Shown here in pieces: positions 45,646-58,896 of a stretch of 64,000 nt of DNA (within the stretch, counting starts at the first letter, position 1; every line of letters begins with the position of its first letter). Both the position numbers and the translations under genes were made by a program. This stretch comes from Amoebidium appalachense (lineage: Eukaryota; Protista; Ichthyosporea): NCBI GenBank assembly GCA_963693365.1, contig CAVNZM010000004.1:9080468-9144467 (forward strand), written 5' to 3'. The notes beneath the pieces were generated by a model. That model did not search any database, had not been told where the DNA came from, and was given only the letters and a program-made list of their open reading frames with translations.

Positions 45646-46095
45646 AAGGGATTTTTGAATTTGAAATGCTGGGGGTGGGTGGGGAATAGTAAATATCGAC
45701 GTCCCCCCTGGTGGTACCCCCTTACCCTCCCCCCACCCTCCCCCTCCCCCACCCCCCCCCCCCCCCCCCTCCCTCCCCAACGTCGCCGCAGGGTTGGGTG
45801 GATTCCCCCCCCCCCTTCCCCCCCCCTCCATCCCCAAGCTTGGGTAGCCGCAGGGACTGGGTGGGACCCGGTCTCCCCCCCCCCCCCCCCCCCCCCCCCA
45901 ACCCACCCGCACTCCCACCCACCCACCCACCCACCACCACCCACCAACTCCGTGTGCATGCGCGTGGTCATGTCACTAGAAAGTCTCTTTGTCACCCACC
46001 AACGGTTATATTCGTTTTTTTTTTTTTTTTCTTTTTTTTTTTTTGTTTTTTTCTTTTGGGGCTATTGCCTCCGTTTTGGCTACTGGGGCATATTA

Positions 46096-46144
<49 letters not shown>

Positions 46145-46273
46145 CACACACACACTGTGACACACACACACACGCGCCCGCGCGCCACACACACACGTAC
46201 ACACACACAAAAACTGTTAAACACACGCGCGCATGTGCGCGCACGCGCCGGTACACGCACGCAAGCGCGCGCG

Positions 46274-46353
<80 letters not shown>

Positions 46354-46423
46354 ACAGTATCGCACACCGTTCCCACCCGTTCGTGCCCCGGGGGAGGGGA
46401 GGGGGTGGGGGGTGGGGGAGGGG

Positions 46424-46455
<32 letters not shown>

Positions 46456-46708
46456 AAGAGTACTAGACCGTACGGCATATAGCCTGAGTTTCAGGCAATC
46501 GAGGAATCCTATAAGCTAGCCTCAATATTTATGTTTTGGCGTTGTATGTCACACTCTGCTGATAATATATATAGTACTATTATGTGTCACTGAGCAGGTT
46601 ATCTGATACATATAGACACATGATTACAGCCAATGAGGTGGGTGCCCCCCCCCCCCCCCCGCGCCCCCCGGGGGGACAGGACTCACCCTATTCAAGTGGG
46701 TGGTGGGT

Positions 46709-46749
<41 letters not shown>

Positions 46750-46816
46750 CCCCCCCCCCCCCCCCCCCCCCAAGTTACTACTTCCCCCCTCCCCGTTTCA
46801 AAATCAAGAATCCCTA
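45646..46816. mobile_element. Possible old TIR element
   Basis: AAGGGATTTTTGAATTTGAAATG...GGGGAATAGTAA is an imperfect inverse of TTACTACTTCCCC...GTTTCAAAATCAAGAATCCCTA. A third end-like copy lies near 45373. No clean TSD. Confidence 0.4.
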
Positions 46817-47608
46817 ACCGGATACTACAAGTACTATGATCTAAGGCCCCCAATCCTGAAGTTTTTTTTTAAAATTTTCCTTCTCCCAACGTCCCCTGAA
46901 ACCTCTCGTAGTAAAGGTTCATTCTTATTGCTAATTCGAAATCCGGATCCCCCCCTCCCCCCCCTCTTCCCCCTTGCCTACCCCCCTCTCCCCCGGCCAC
47001 CCCCCAAAAAACCTCGAGCTTACCAATGAGCCCCAACATATATCAAGTGCTGCCAACGACTTAACCACGTGCTGATGGAGATGCTGTTTTTAGATCATTG
47101 GCCAGATATTATATTACAAGCCCCCGGCCCCTCCCCCCCCCCCCCCCCCCCCCCTCACCCTCCTCTTCCCCCACCCCCTCCCCTCCCACCCCCCACCCCA
47201 CCCCACCCCTCTTCCTTGGCTCACAGATCCCCCCCCCCCCCCCTCCCTCCCCCGGGGCTCCCCCTCCCCCCCCCCCCCCCCCCCCCCCCCCCCAGCCCTT
47301 CGATGTATTAGGTTCAAGAGTCTTTAAAGTTTTCCCGGTTCATTTACACGAAAGCTCATGGGCATGTACATGGCCACATCCAACGGTTTCTGTGCGAAGG
47401 GGTGCCACCAAGTCTGGTCTTTGCACACCTTGAAGTTGGACATCTGGCCACATATGTATGTATGTCATTGACATGTTCGCATCTACAGCTCAAACCCAAG
47501 CCTTCCTTATACCTCCGTCTCCTGGTCACTTTTGTCCTTGTCCTTTCCCCACAAATGCCATTCTCCGGATGATTCGATCCTTAACCCCTCCCCCCCATCC
47601 CCCCCCCC

Positions 47609-47658
<50 letters not shown>

Positions 47659-48147
47659 ACCCCACCCAAAAAAAAAAAAAAAAAGAAAAAGAAAAAACCG
47701 AAGAAGGAAAGAAAAAGAACAACTCAAAGATCTGAAAAAAAATGAAAAGCAAACAAAAAAAGAAAACGAAAAGGGTGACTAGTGTTCGGTACAGAACTTT
47801 TGCCATGGTGAGCGATGCCTGTATGATGTGTGGTCGTTGACATCATCCGATTCAGCTGCAGAAGGCACGGGCAGGACCATTGAACGCGCTCTAGAGACCT
47901 CCCACCTTATTAAGGCGAGTGAGCGAGTGAGAAGGAGAGGGGGGCTGGGGAAAGGGGGGGGGAGGGGGGAGGGGGGAGGGGGTGGGGGTGGAAGGGGGGG
48001 GTGCACGTGTGTGTGTGTGTGGGTGTGTGTGTTGTGGGTGTGTGGGTGTGTGTCATAGTGGATGGGTATCACGATAAAAAAATTAGGAAGAAAACCATTA
48101 CTCCAGCACACCAATCTATTATGGAGGGGTGTTTCTCACGGTGTTTA

Positions 48148-48252
<105 letters not shown>

Positions 48253-48619
48253 CGCGCGCACGTGCGTGCGTGCGCGTGTGTGTGTGTGTGTATGTGTGAC
48301 AGTGGAGGGGGGGCCCGGGGGTGGGAGCTAGTGGGGGGGGGGGGGGGGGGGGGGGGGGAGGGTACTTGCTGTCCGCCTAGATGAAGATTTTGAGTATATC
48401 GTCTACAGGCAGACAGGGGTGATTTGAAAGGATGCAGGGGATGCTCAACGAGAATGGAGATCTAAAGCGAACATGTTGGGCACATTCAAAGCACTGTGGC
48501 ACCCCCGTGCCTACACTTTAATGCTTTAACATGTTTGACCCAGCACACGAAACCCGGAGCAAAATCACGCCCACCCACCCACCCACACGCACGCACGCAC
48601 CCACACACACACGCATGCA

Positions 48620-48725
<106 letters not shown>

Positions 48726-49098
48726 CACACATATGGACACACGCACACACACACAAGCACCGTGGTGCACACAACCACAGCCATGCATATATGCGTATGC
48801 ACCAAAAATAACAGTCCTACTAATTTGGGCTGCTCAGAACCGTGGTTCGGAAAGAACACCCATCGTGGCAGAGCAAAACAAAAGGTTAGGCCAGCCTCTG
48901 CACGGCATAGCCGATTTTTGAATCATTAGTAGTGCAAGTGCTCTTTTTTCTGCCCCCCCCCCCCCCCCCCCCCCCCCCGTTCTCCCCCCTCTCCCCTCCC
49001 TCTCGGGACTCCCTCCCCTCCCTCCCCCCTCCCCCCCCTCCTTGCCCCTCTTAGAATACTTCCCCCTCTCCCCCCGCTTCCCCAACACAATCAGCGCA

Positions 49099-49218
<120 letters not shown>

Positions 49219-49449
49219 TCACGTAACACATGCACACAAGTTGAATGCAGGCGCAAACCACACACATAACAGCCCGTTGAAACTCATTTGTGAGTGTAAA
49301 TGTTGATGTGCAGGTGTGTACCGTGAGCTCACTAATAAAATGACGACATAATCTTGAACTATGTCCTGCAGATCACACCGTGACGCTTTTTAAACATAAG
49401 TTACCTTACTTGAATATTTTCATAGATGCAGTCTCCGTGCAGTGCACGG

Positions 49450-49508
<59 letters not shown>

Positions 49509-49642
49509 TTGCATGCGTGCGTGCGTGCGTGTGTGCGTGCGTGGATGCGTGCGTGCGTGCGTGCGTGTGTGCGTCCGTGCATGCTTGCTTGCTGTTCGGT
49601 GCTGGATTGTGCGCATGCGTGTCTGCGCACACGTCACGGTGT

Positions 49643-50122
49643 TGTAAACAGTTGGACTAGTTAGGATAAGGCAGAGTACAACTGAATCAAAATAAAGACA
49701 GAGAACGGGTAGAAAGGCACACGCGGCCAGGTTGCTTTTACTATGGGCCGACTCAGTCTGTCTCAGACTTCACTGATGTGATCCCCGTACTGGGACGGCT
49801 TTCTTATATAGCCCCCAGGTTTCGGATCAAGGCCCAGGATTGGTTCATCCGCGGCCAGCGCGGGTGGCAACATGCCATTCGTGATTCTGGTGCGGTCCGA
49901 GCCAGTCAGACCTTTGTCCTATTTATGCAAACCTCTTATTGGTTCACTTCGTTTATGTGGTATGCAGCTGAAGAACCATATATGGTTCAATTCTTAGGTC
50001 AGAGTGAGTCCTATTGGTGCGGACATAATATTTATGTGATATTCATGACAAAGCACGAATCGTGTGCTAGTAGATCACATTCTTTAGTAAACATGTACAG
50101 TTCATGTGTACAGTTGTTTACA
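49643..50122 (-). repeat. 3' LTR (480 bp)
   Basis: Direct repeat of 52717-53196; TG...CA termini; minus-strand TATA-like GCTATATAAG near 49803-49812. Confidence 0.95.
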
Positions 50123-52716
50123 CTCCCCCCCTTGTCGGGAGCCTGGTGGTGTCGTTAGACAAGCAAACCACCAGGCTGAGAGGCGATAAACAACCTTCAG
50201 CGAGAATTCTTGTGTGTGCCGAGCTGCTGGACAGAACAGAGCAAGGACGGTGGAATAGAGTTGTGCACGTCTATGAGCACTTCTTCATTTGCCAAAACGT
50301 AAATTCATGCAGCATTCTTCTGTGATTTCATTTTCGTGGCGAAGATTGTTGCAGAGTGTGCGTGCGAATAATTCGCTAAGCCTTCGTCTCTGTGCTTGGC
50401 TTTTCTGTAGAAGTAGTATTTTCCTTTTTGGGAATTTTTCCTTTTTAGGATACTCCCGCAGATTCGTTTTCAATTGCGAGTAATTTGGTTGTGTGGATGA
50501 ATGATCATACCAAACATTCGATAATGAATATAACTCGAGCCTTAGGTCACTTCGTAGCTCAGGTAGTGGTGGATAGCTTCAAGGCTTAGCCACTGCTCCT
50601 TATCCCGGTTCTACCATAAGACTGTAAGGCGAGTCACCATGGCCGGAAAAGCCGCTTCTTTCATGAACAAATAGCACTTCTTTCCTTTCAGCTTTAACTC
50701 TGCATCATCGGAGCTGGGAAAAACATGAATAAAAATGCCCAAGTGTTCTTCGTTGGGCGACATAAAGAAATATATCACCCGTCAGAACCAGTAAAAGCCC
50801 GGTTCATAATTCATAAGAAGAGGGTAGGCAAAGCAAGCCTCCTTCAGAAAACACATGCTTCCATTCGTGAGCAGTTTTCGTATCCCATTTGCCAGCCATT
50901 TTCGTTGAGCAGGGGGATTCCAGGCATAATACATTCTTCTGGAGGCTTGGCCTAAAAAGAAAAGTCGTCGGAGTCGCCCTTTCTTTTGTAAGCAACTTCG
51001 TGAGCGCGCTTCGTGTTTTCATATCCTCCAGTGCAGGTCTGGATGGTGCCCCATCCTCTGCTTCATTTGTAGGTGGCCCTACTGTAGGTTCTGTTCGTTG
51101 TGTGGAATACCAAAACCATTCGTATTCGTGGAACTGCTTTGTGCTGTGCTTTCTTTCGTGTTGGTGTTCATGAAGTTACCCCGTTCACACACCCTACTTC
51201 TTACATACATTAGATGTAAGTAGCTGCCTGGTGAGTGTGTGGTTCGTGTTCGTGGCATTCTTCTGTTCCTTCGTGAGAAGAATATTCGTTTTAGCAGAGG
51301 TGCCCAATAAGGCAGCTTGTGGGGTTGTCTCCCGCATGTGCCCATTGGTGGGGTATGCACGTGCTAAATTGTTACAGTGTCATCATATTGCAAGGGAATA
51401 ACATGGTCACCTCCGTACCAGGGCCTAGTAGGTACACATGATGGTCCGATGTGTTAGTCAACAACACCTTGCATTCGTATTCGTATTTGTCTTCCACGTC
51501 ACTTTCTTCAGTAGTGAAGGAGGGTATTCGTAATTCGAAACTGAAAGGCTTCCAGCCAAAATACTGACACTGTATGATGGGGTTGTGAGGGAGCGGTGCC
51601 CATACCACATTCTTTTGTTCTGGTGGGGGTGTGCCGGCAGCTAGTGCAAGGCTTGACAGTGTAATTGGTATGTTACACCGTATTGCCACAGACGGGCATT
51701 CACCTTAAAATTCGTACCCAACACCTTCTTTGTTTTTCACATGCATGAACAAAAGTTCTGCATCGACTTTATTACATGCCTTTTGTGCACCAAGAGTGCA
51801 AATTCGTTAGGGCGTGGCACCAGGAAGGGCCGCCATACATGAGTCAGGCATATGTTCGTAATGTGTTTAGGCATGCCAGCATACATTCATGCGCATGTTG
51901 TGCATCCTGGGCGCTAAACTATGGGGCATGCTGTATTCGAGAACAGCAAGGGATTCGAAGCATGCATGCAACACTACTTTCATAAGATCTTAGGTCCTAC
52001 ATGCTATAGCAACAGCGACTATCTTCTTCGTTAAGTGCATTTGTGCTGAAAGTGGCCGTGCATCTGGCTTGCGAGTGTGGACGTGCATGCGGTGGCATGG
52101 ACACGATGGCAGTGTGCAATAGGGCAATGCACGCAAGGGCAACGGTTTTATTTTCTTCCTAACATAGAGGGGGCTGTGTGCATTGCAACCCAAGCAGTGT
52201 TGTGCATTCGTCCTTTCATTTTCGTATTTCCAGTTCATTTTGCTTTCGTTTTTCGTTTTTTGTCGTTTGATAACTTCGTTACTTCGTTTTGTTTTCGTGT
52301 TGCATTCATTTCGTATTTCCTCTATGCAATCGTTTGTCGTTAATTCTTTATTTCATTGCGTATTCGTGATGGTTCGTTTTTCGTTGGTTCATTGCTTCGT
52401 TAGCAATTCTTTATTCGTTTGTTCGTGTATTCGTTGTTTCGTTGTGTATTCGTTTTTCTTCACATTTTTGATGTGTCGTAGCAAAAGAAGTTTTACATGC
52501 TTTCAATTCTTTCCGTGTAGGTGGGCTGGCCACTTCAAACTTGTAGGTGTATATATTCTAAGCCGGACAAGGAAAGATGTGCCTATCATCGGGGTAAAAA
52601 GGATTGTGATCGGCCATGGGAGATTCTTGAGCTGATTGAAAGATGTGAGATTCTTGAACTGATTGAAAGATGTGAGATTCGAAGGATGCGAGATTCTTGA
52701 ACTGCGCGGTCGCCAA

Positions 52717-53196
52717 TGTAAACAGTTGGACTAGTTAGGATAAGGCAGAGTACAACTGAATCAAAATAAAGACAGAGAACGGGTAGAAAGGCACACGCGG
52801 CCAGGTTGCTTTTACTATGGGCCGACTCAGTCTGTCTCAGACTTCACTGATGTGATCCCCGTACTGGGACGGCTTTCTTATATAGCCCCCAGGTTTCGGA
52901 TCAAGGCCCAGGATTGGTTCATCCGCGGCCAGCGCGGGTGGCAACATGCCATTCGTGATTCTGGTGCGGTCCGAGCCAGTCAGACCTTTGTCCTATTTAT
53001 GCAAACCTCTTATTGGTTCACTTCGTTTATGTGGTATGCAGCTGAAGAACCATATATGGTTCAATTCTTAGGTCAGAGTGAGTCCTATTGGTGCGGACAT
53101 AATATTTATGTGATATTCATGACAAAGCACGAATCGTGTGCTAGTAGATCACATTCTTTAGTAAACATGTACAGTTCATGTGTACAGTTGTTTACA
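52717..53196 (-). repeat. 5' LTR (480 bp)
   Basis: Direct repeat of 49643-50122, adjacent to the PBS. Confidence 0.95.
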
Positions 53197-53709
53197 GGTG
53201 TGTGTGTGTGTGTGTCTGTGTGTGTGTGTGTGTGTATGTGTGTTCGTGCGTGCGTGAGGGGGGGACCCTTGTTCCCATACTGTTGCGAATTCTGGGCTGT
53301 GTCATTACCTGCATATATTACATTAATAAACCTCGTGAGCCTGTTCTGGGTGTTTGACCAGAATAATATAGTAAAGAAGCACGCCGACGTGGTGCCACAT
53401 AGCAAATAAAATCCACTAGATTACACACCGTTTGAGCCCCATTAATAACGACGATGGTCTCAGCACAAAGCCTTTTCCGTTCACATAATCTGATGTTTCT
53501 GCATTGAGGCCGCTCACCGTAAGTCTTCATTTTTTACTTATAAACGGACTTCAACATAGCATGTGCCATAGTCAAAAAAATCTGCCATCCACCGGCCGAA
53601 AGCCAGTCAATTCCGACAATGATCACATCATCACATGAGCACATCACCACTGAGGGGGAGGAGGGCTGGGTGGGTCAGGGTACATAGGAGGGCTGGGTGG
53701 GGTAGGAGA

Positions 53710-54169
53710 GGCCCCAACCACATAGGCAGAGTCAACTTGCAAACTTTGAAGCAGAATTATTCTGCGAAAGCGGAATTATTCTGTAAAAAGCAGAATTACT
53801 CAGCAAAAGCAGAATTATTCTGCAAAAGCAGAATCACTCTACAGTAGACATGCTTTGAAAATTAGCAGAATATTAATTAATTATTCTGCTTTTAGCAGAA
53901 TTATTCTGCAAAAAGCAGGATTATTCTCAGCGGCTTTCGACAGCAGAATAATTCTGCTTTTAGCAGAATAGTTCTGCTTTTAGCAGATTGATTCCTCTGT
54001 TTGCAGAATAATACTGCTTTTAGCGGAATCATTCTGCTTTTGAAGAATAACTCTGCTTTTGCAGAACAAATCTGCTTTTCAAAGTAATTCTGCTTTTAGC
54101 AGAATATTTCTGCTTTTTGCAGATTAATTTTGCTCGAAGCGAGTTGACTCGGTCGATGTGGTTGGGGCC
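53710..54169. mobile_element. Foldback/MITE-like element filled with ~20-bp palindromic GCAGAATTATTCTGC subrepeats
   Basis: ~31-bp imperfect TIRs (GGCCCCAACCACATAGGCAGAGTCAACTTGC / GCGAGTTGACTCGGTCGATGTGGTTGGGGCC). Flanks GTAGGAGA/TTAGGAGA match 7/8, a possible TSD. The subrepeat array is inverted about the centre. Confidence 0.75.
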
Positions 54170-54991
54170 TTAGGAGAAGGGGAGGGGGAGGGGGGAAGGG
54201 GCCGGGGCTGGCCTGCAGGTGAATTCGAATCATAGTACATGAATGGAACGCATCGCACACCACCACCATTGTTTGCTGCAGCGCCTCTACTAGAGTTGCC
54301 GTAGCGCACCCTTAGAAGCAAACCCCTGGGTTTCTGTTACCTCATACCATAAACGCAACCCCACGGCTCCATTCCACGTGCACCATGATAGCCCACATGG
54401 CAAGGCTTAATACACAGTGCCACGTATTACTAACTTGAGACGCCGCTAGCAGCTTTGTAATTATAACCGAATCCAGTATAGTGCCGCCAATGATTGTGTT
54501 CAAGTAATGTCAGCTTGAAGTATGTACAATCCCGGTGGATACTCAGCAAGTTCCGCCATGTCTGTACATATGACATTGTCACAAGATTATAATCTAATTA
54601 CGAAGCCTTGCACACAAGTCTCTCGTGTAGATATGTACAAAAGTAGGGCCGGTGCCCATCTAAATATTGTGATGCTCAAGCTTAAAAAGACTTTAACGTA
54701 ATACTAATGTCATAACGGTTTTCTCAGTATGACGGCCAAACACCCAAAATCAACTTTAAAATATATGGCTACATTAACTTTTTTTCAAACTAAGGATTGT
54801 GCTGTGTGCACGTCAACGATTATAGCGATTGATGTCAGGCTGAAGTTTTAGACGAATTAAAGAAAACTCTGCCAGTGTTTGTGGCCGCCTAATTTACTCA
54901 ACAAGACACCACATGAGCCAGTGTATATAGATAAATAGTGTGGCGTACCCCCCCCCCCCCCCCCCCTCCCCTCCCCCCCCTCCTCCCCCCA

Positions 54992-55023
<32 letters not shown>

Positions 55024-55088
55024 AAAACAAAAACAAAAAAAAACGAAGCCTTAGTTGTGACTTCTACATGTTTAACCACATGCTATAA

Positions 55089-56612
55089 CTAGATGCGGAA
55101 ACGACCAAGCATTGGCCTAGGCTTTTTTCGTGAAAGTGTTTCCGAGATAACCCGATGTACATCACCTACCAAACCAGGAATTGCTTGAGAATTCAAAAAT
55201 CCAACTTCGCCTTCAGGCCCTGTGGTAAGAATTATGGTATGATACATATCGAGATACCCAGACAGACCATAGTAACCTGAATCAAGGTGGGGGCCCATTA
55301 GCTCTATAACCGTTGCGCCTGGTGGTGCAAAGACAATGTTGACCAAACCCTGCCCATGAGGCCCCACCACTATTTTGGCGCGGGAAAAAATCTCCTTTGT
55401 CTGGTCTAGTGTGTGCTCGGATGGAACAAAGAGAACAAGTTCGTAAGGCGGTACGAGTGCTGACTTTACGGCTTCAACTGCAATAGCCTCGTCTTCAAAT
55501 CTGCGCCGCGTTGCATCCTCGCGGGAAACGAAAATGACAAGGTTTCTGCGGTCAGAGGGTGGCCACTTGCCCTGTATGACGCTCCTGACACGGAGAAACC
55601 CCTCCTTGGACATGGTTAGAAGGTCCGGAGTTGGTGGTGCCGGATACCAACCGTGAACCAATAAACTCTTGGCATGGTAGAGGACACCACATTGAGCCAC
55701 CACAATCCGTGACTGGGGCAAGCCAAGACGGTCCAAAAACCAGAATATTCTCTCGGCATTTTCTTCCTCCGGTGCTATTCGCATCAGCATTTTCACCTCG
55801 GGGTGCTCCTTTAAGTACGGCAACAGAAGGCCGATCTTCGACAGGGTCTCCAGAACAAAATGACTAACGTGGTCCGTCCATACTTGTGCAAAATTGAGGA
55901 GCACGTCGTAGTTCTCAACCCTTGGAGGCGTTGTGATGTTCACATGTTCTTGTCGAAGCACTCCAAACTTGGGCGGGCTTGTTAGTTCCACCTCGCGGTT
56001 AAAGTACGAGACGACTTCCCACGGGTAGTTGACATCGCTGTGAACCATGACGTAGCCGCCAGAAATCGCAGAGACAAAAAAATTCTGGCCGCCATTATAC
56101 TCGTTAAGTTTCCGTTCGAAAAACTTCAAACAGGAGTCTAACTGCTTGGTAAGTGATTGGTTGGTCGCAATGTGTGGATTGTCACGGTTGGCCACAGTTA
56201 CCGGTGGCATCGCCAAGGAATCACACACCGCGTTGTACAGTAACGGGAAACTTGTGCTCCAAAAAGTATTCTGAATTCTCAGGCTCATGAGCTCGCCATC
56301 AGTCACAGCTTTCAGATCCGCCTTAACCTCTTCGCTCGTCACATCCCGTGCTGTATGGAAGACTTGCCAAGAACGATTCAGCACCCATTCTCTTGGCGAG
56401 AAATCGGACACAAAACGTGCTTGCGGAAGAGACAGACACTGGAGCTCTAGCTCTGTTAAAGATCCGGAGGAATGTGGCAAAAAGTCACTAATGAGACCAA
56501 GGGAGTTAACGGAAAACAAAAACACGCTAACTATCAGAAATGCCCATAAGCAACAAACGGTCACGGGTTTTGCCCAAGTGTGCTGGGACGAACACATCGT
56601 GGCTGCTTGCAT
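55089..56612 (-). CDS. Intronless type II membrane glycosyltransferase family 61 (DUF563), 507 aa
   Basis: Uninterrupted ORF. TM VCCLWAFLIVSVFLFSV. HVSHFVLETLSKI, IFVSREDATRRR, and the GT61 signature QTKEIFSRAKIVVGPHGQGLVNIVFAPPGATVIEL. Confidence 0.9.
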   Translation of the reverse strand: MQAATMCSSQHTWAKPVTVCCLWAFLIVSVFLFSVNSLGLISDFLPHSSGSLTELELQCLSLPQARFVSDFSPREWVLNRSWQVFHTARDVTSEEVKADLKAVTDGELMSLRIQNTFWSTSFPLLYNAVCDSLAMPPVTVANRDNPHIATNQSLTKQLDSCLKFFERKLNEYNGGQNFFVSAISGGYVMVHSDVNYPWEVVSYFNREVELTSPPKFGVLRQEHVNITTPPRVENYDVLLNFAQVWTDHVSHFVLETLSKIGLLLPYLKEHPEVKMLMRIAPEEENAERIFWFLDRLGLPQSRIVVAQCGVLYHAKSLLVHGWYPAPPTPDLLTMSKEGFLRVRSVIQGKWPPSDRRNLVIFVSREDATRRRFEDEAIAVEAVKSALVPPYELVLFVPSEHTLDQTKEIFSRAKIVVGPHGQGLVNIVFAPPGATVIELMGPHLDSGYYGLSGYLDMYHTIILTTGPEGEVGFLNSQAIPGLVGDVHRVISETLSRKKPRPMLGRFRI

Positions 56613-57115
56613 CTTCAGTGACTGATGTCAAGGGGACCCGTACCTGCTGTACTGTGTTACACCGTCTGACACGCGCGGAGGAAGTTTTGATGCCACCAAC
56701 CGTTTGCTCCAATCAAAATCAGTCACTGAAAAGCTAACCCCAACTTTTGGGAATGGTTTGCTTGCAGCTTCGTCGCTGGGGATCCAACCGATCGAATCGA
56801 TTAGTGTTACGGCTGCTACATGCCTTCATAGCTCTAATTTTTCAAGGAGACGCGGACGATACGGAGAGCGGCTGATTACGTGAATCACCTACCCTTGACT
56901 CAGCCAGCGTCGATTTATCATACATAGGCTAGAGGACACAGTCAGTACCTGCCAGGTGTAACGGTAAGTCGGTGACGGTCTTCGGTATTGCGGAAAACAA
57001 AGTTGGCCCTTTATCTTACCGATCGGTCTGGTCGGGCCTGCCGCGGCAATAGTGTGGTCGTTCTCCGGCGGTTTCTACCAGCGGGGCTAACCGGCTTCGT
57101 AATCATGTGACACCA

Positions 57116-57157
57116 CCAAGGCCTCCTAAATAGGGTGTGCTATTTAGGAGGCCTTGG
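57116..57157. promoter_or_regulatory. Perfect 18-bp inverted repeat in the GT61/GT2 divergent intergenic region
   Basis: CCAAGGCCTCCTAAATAG-ggtgtg-CTATTTAGGAGGCCTTGG. A regulatory role is inferred from position only. Confidence 0.5.
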
Positions 57158-57608
57158 ACACCACGGTCACCACCGGGGACTGGAGTCTTGGGATTTATTC
57201 AGTAACAGTGTATTTATTAACGTCATTGTTATTTTTTTTTGCACACTGTGTATGCACATATTTCGAACAGTCTTCCCAGAAACTCTTGGAGTCACCGTAC
57301 ACTGCACGCTTGAGTCACTTGTGGTGAGTCACTCACGTGTTTGGGTGTAAACGGTTCCAAAACCTCGGGAGTATTTCGTGGAATGTCACTTCTGTCAGTC
57401 TGTCAAGCCAGAGCGGCGCAAAAGTTTGACAAGACGGTGGGAACTCGCGGAACTTAGCGGCACAGTAGATACTCTATTTGGAGGGCAACGTGTTGTTTGA
57501 ACTAGAAATTTGCTAATAATAATATTAGAATCTATAGTTTTCCCGCACTGTAACAACACAAATATAATAGCTATGGAAAGGAGATAGTGTCATCAACGCG
57601 GTGCAGAC

Positions 57609-58847
57609 ATGGCGCAGTTATCGTGGTCTAACAAGGGCACTTGTGTGCCCAGGATACGGCTGTCAGCAAGAAGCATCTTGTGGCTGCTTGTAGGGTTGCT
57701 TATTGCTCGTGAGGTTTATTTGCGAACAAGAGGCACAAAGGACGTAGTTGCAGACACTGCGTGGGTGAGGACTGACGCACACAAGAAACTTCTGAGAAAC
57801 GTTGCGCAGCAGATAGAGCAGACGAGACGGGGGGTGGGACAGGGTGTAAAGGTGGCCAAAAAGGTGCCTTTGACACGCTCAGCTGAAAGCCCTGCTAACC
57901 GGTATGTATCGTTCTTAAATACCTTGTTTCTTGTCTGTTGCTTGGCTGATGTATGTAACGAGCTTATAGACGATCAGTGTGGAGGTGGATGAGGGGCCGA
58001 GGGAGGGGTTTTCATTGTTTCCCCATTTTTTTTTTTTGTCAAAAAGGGGTTGGGGCCCGGAAGGAGGGGTTTTTTTTTTTTTTTTTTTTTTTTGGGGGGG
58101 GGGGGGGGGGGGGCCTGGGAGTTCGGGGAGAGGCAAGAGGAGGGGGAGAGGAAGGAAAAGAGAGCTAGGGAGAGGGAGAGGGAGAGGCAGAGAGGTGGGT
58201 GGGGAGAGGGGGAGGGAGAAAGGGAAGGGGAGGGGGAAGAGAACGAGGGAGAAAGGGGGGAAAAGGGGAGGTGGAGGTGGAGGGGGAGGGAGAGAAGGAG
58301 AGAGAGGCAGAGAAAGAGAAAGGGGGGGAGGGGGGGAGGGGCAGAGAGAGAGAGAGAGAGAAACAGAGAGATAAAGAGAGGGAGGAGTAGGAGGCAGAAG
58401 TTAGGACAAAACGTAGTACCGGCACGTTGAATCTTTTTCTTTTGGCTGGACCAGTTGTACCAGCGCACCTATGCGATAGGACTTGAGTTCTTGTGGCTTG
58501 CCCATTAACATCTTGTCAGTTTCCCAGACTTCGTTTTCGCACAAGAACCATGGACGGCCGACAATCTTTGTCTCAAGTACCCGCGTTGTACAAATTGCGA
58601 TGTAACAGTAATCGTTAGAGCACGCGACCCTCAACGTGTGGCCAAGCTACTGCTTTCTTTTGGCAGCCAAACAGCAAAAATCACACATGTTTTCGTCAGC
58701 ACTTTTGGGATATCAGAAATCTCTACCAAGGAGCAGGTGTGTGCACTCTCTGCTGCTTGAGATCGGGGCACACCATGTGCAGTTTGGGTGTTGTGGGAGG
58801 GGTGTCGATGCTTGCTGGCGGATGTGCCCCCCCGGGGTGGTGTGTGT

Positions 58848-58896
<49 letters not shown>

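Larger units (their letters stand above)
49643..53196 (-). mobile_element. Non-autonomous LTR retroelement (~3.55 kb), recently inserted
   Basis: Two 480-bp LTRs (49643-50122, 52717-53196) with TGTAAACA...TGTTTACA ends, identical by eye. 5-bp TSD GGTGT at 49638-49642 and 53197-53201. Minus-strand PBS TGGCGACCGCG (52705-52715) one base from the right LTR, and PPT GGGGGGAG abutting the left LTR. No intact gag/pol. Confidence 0.95.

Noticed and set aside
49778-50158. Duplicated ORF (also 52852-53409)
   Set aside because: It lies within the LTRs, antisense to the element, and has no protein motifs.
53748-54125. CRISPR-like array
   Set aside because: Degenerate adjacent repeats without unique spacers, eukaryotic context, and no cas genes.
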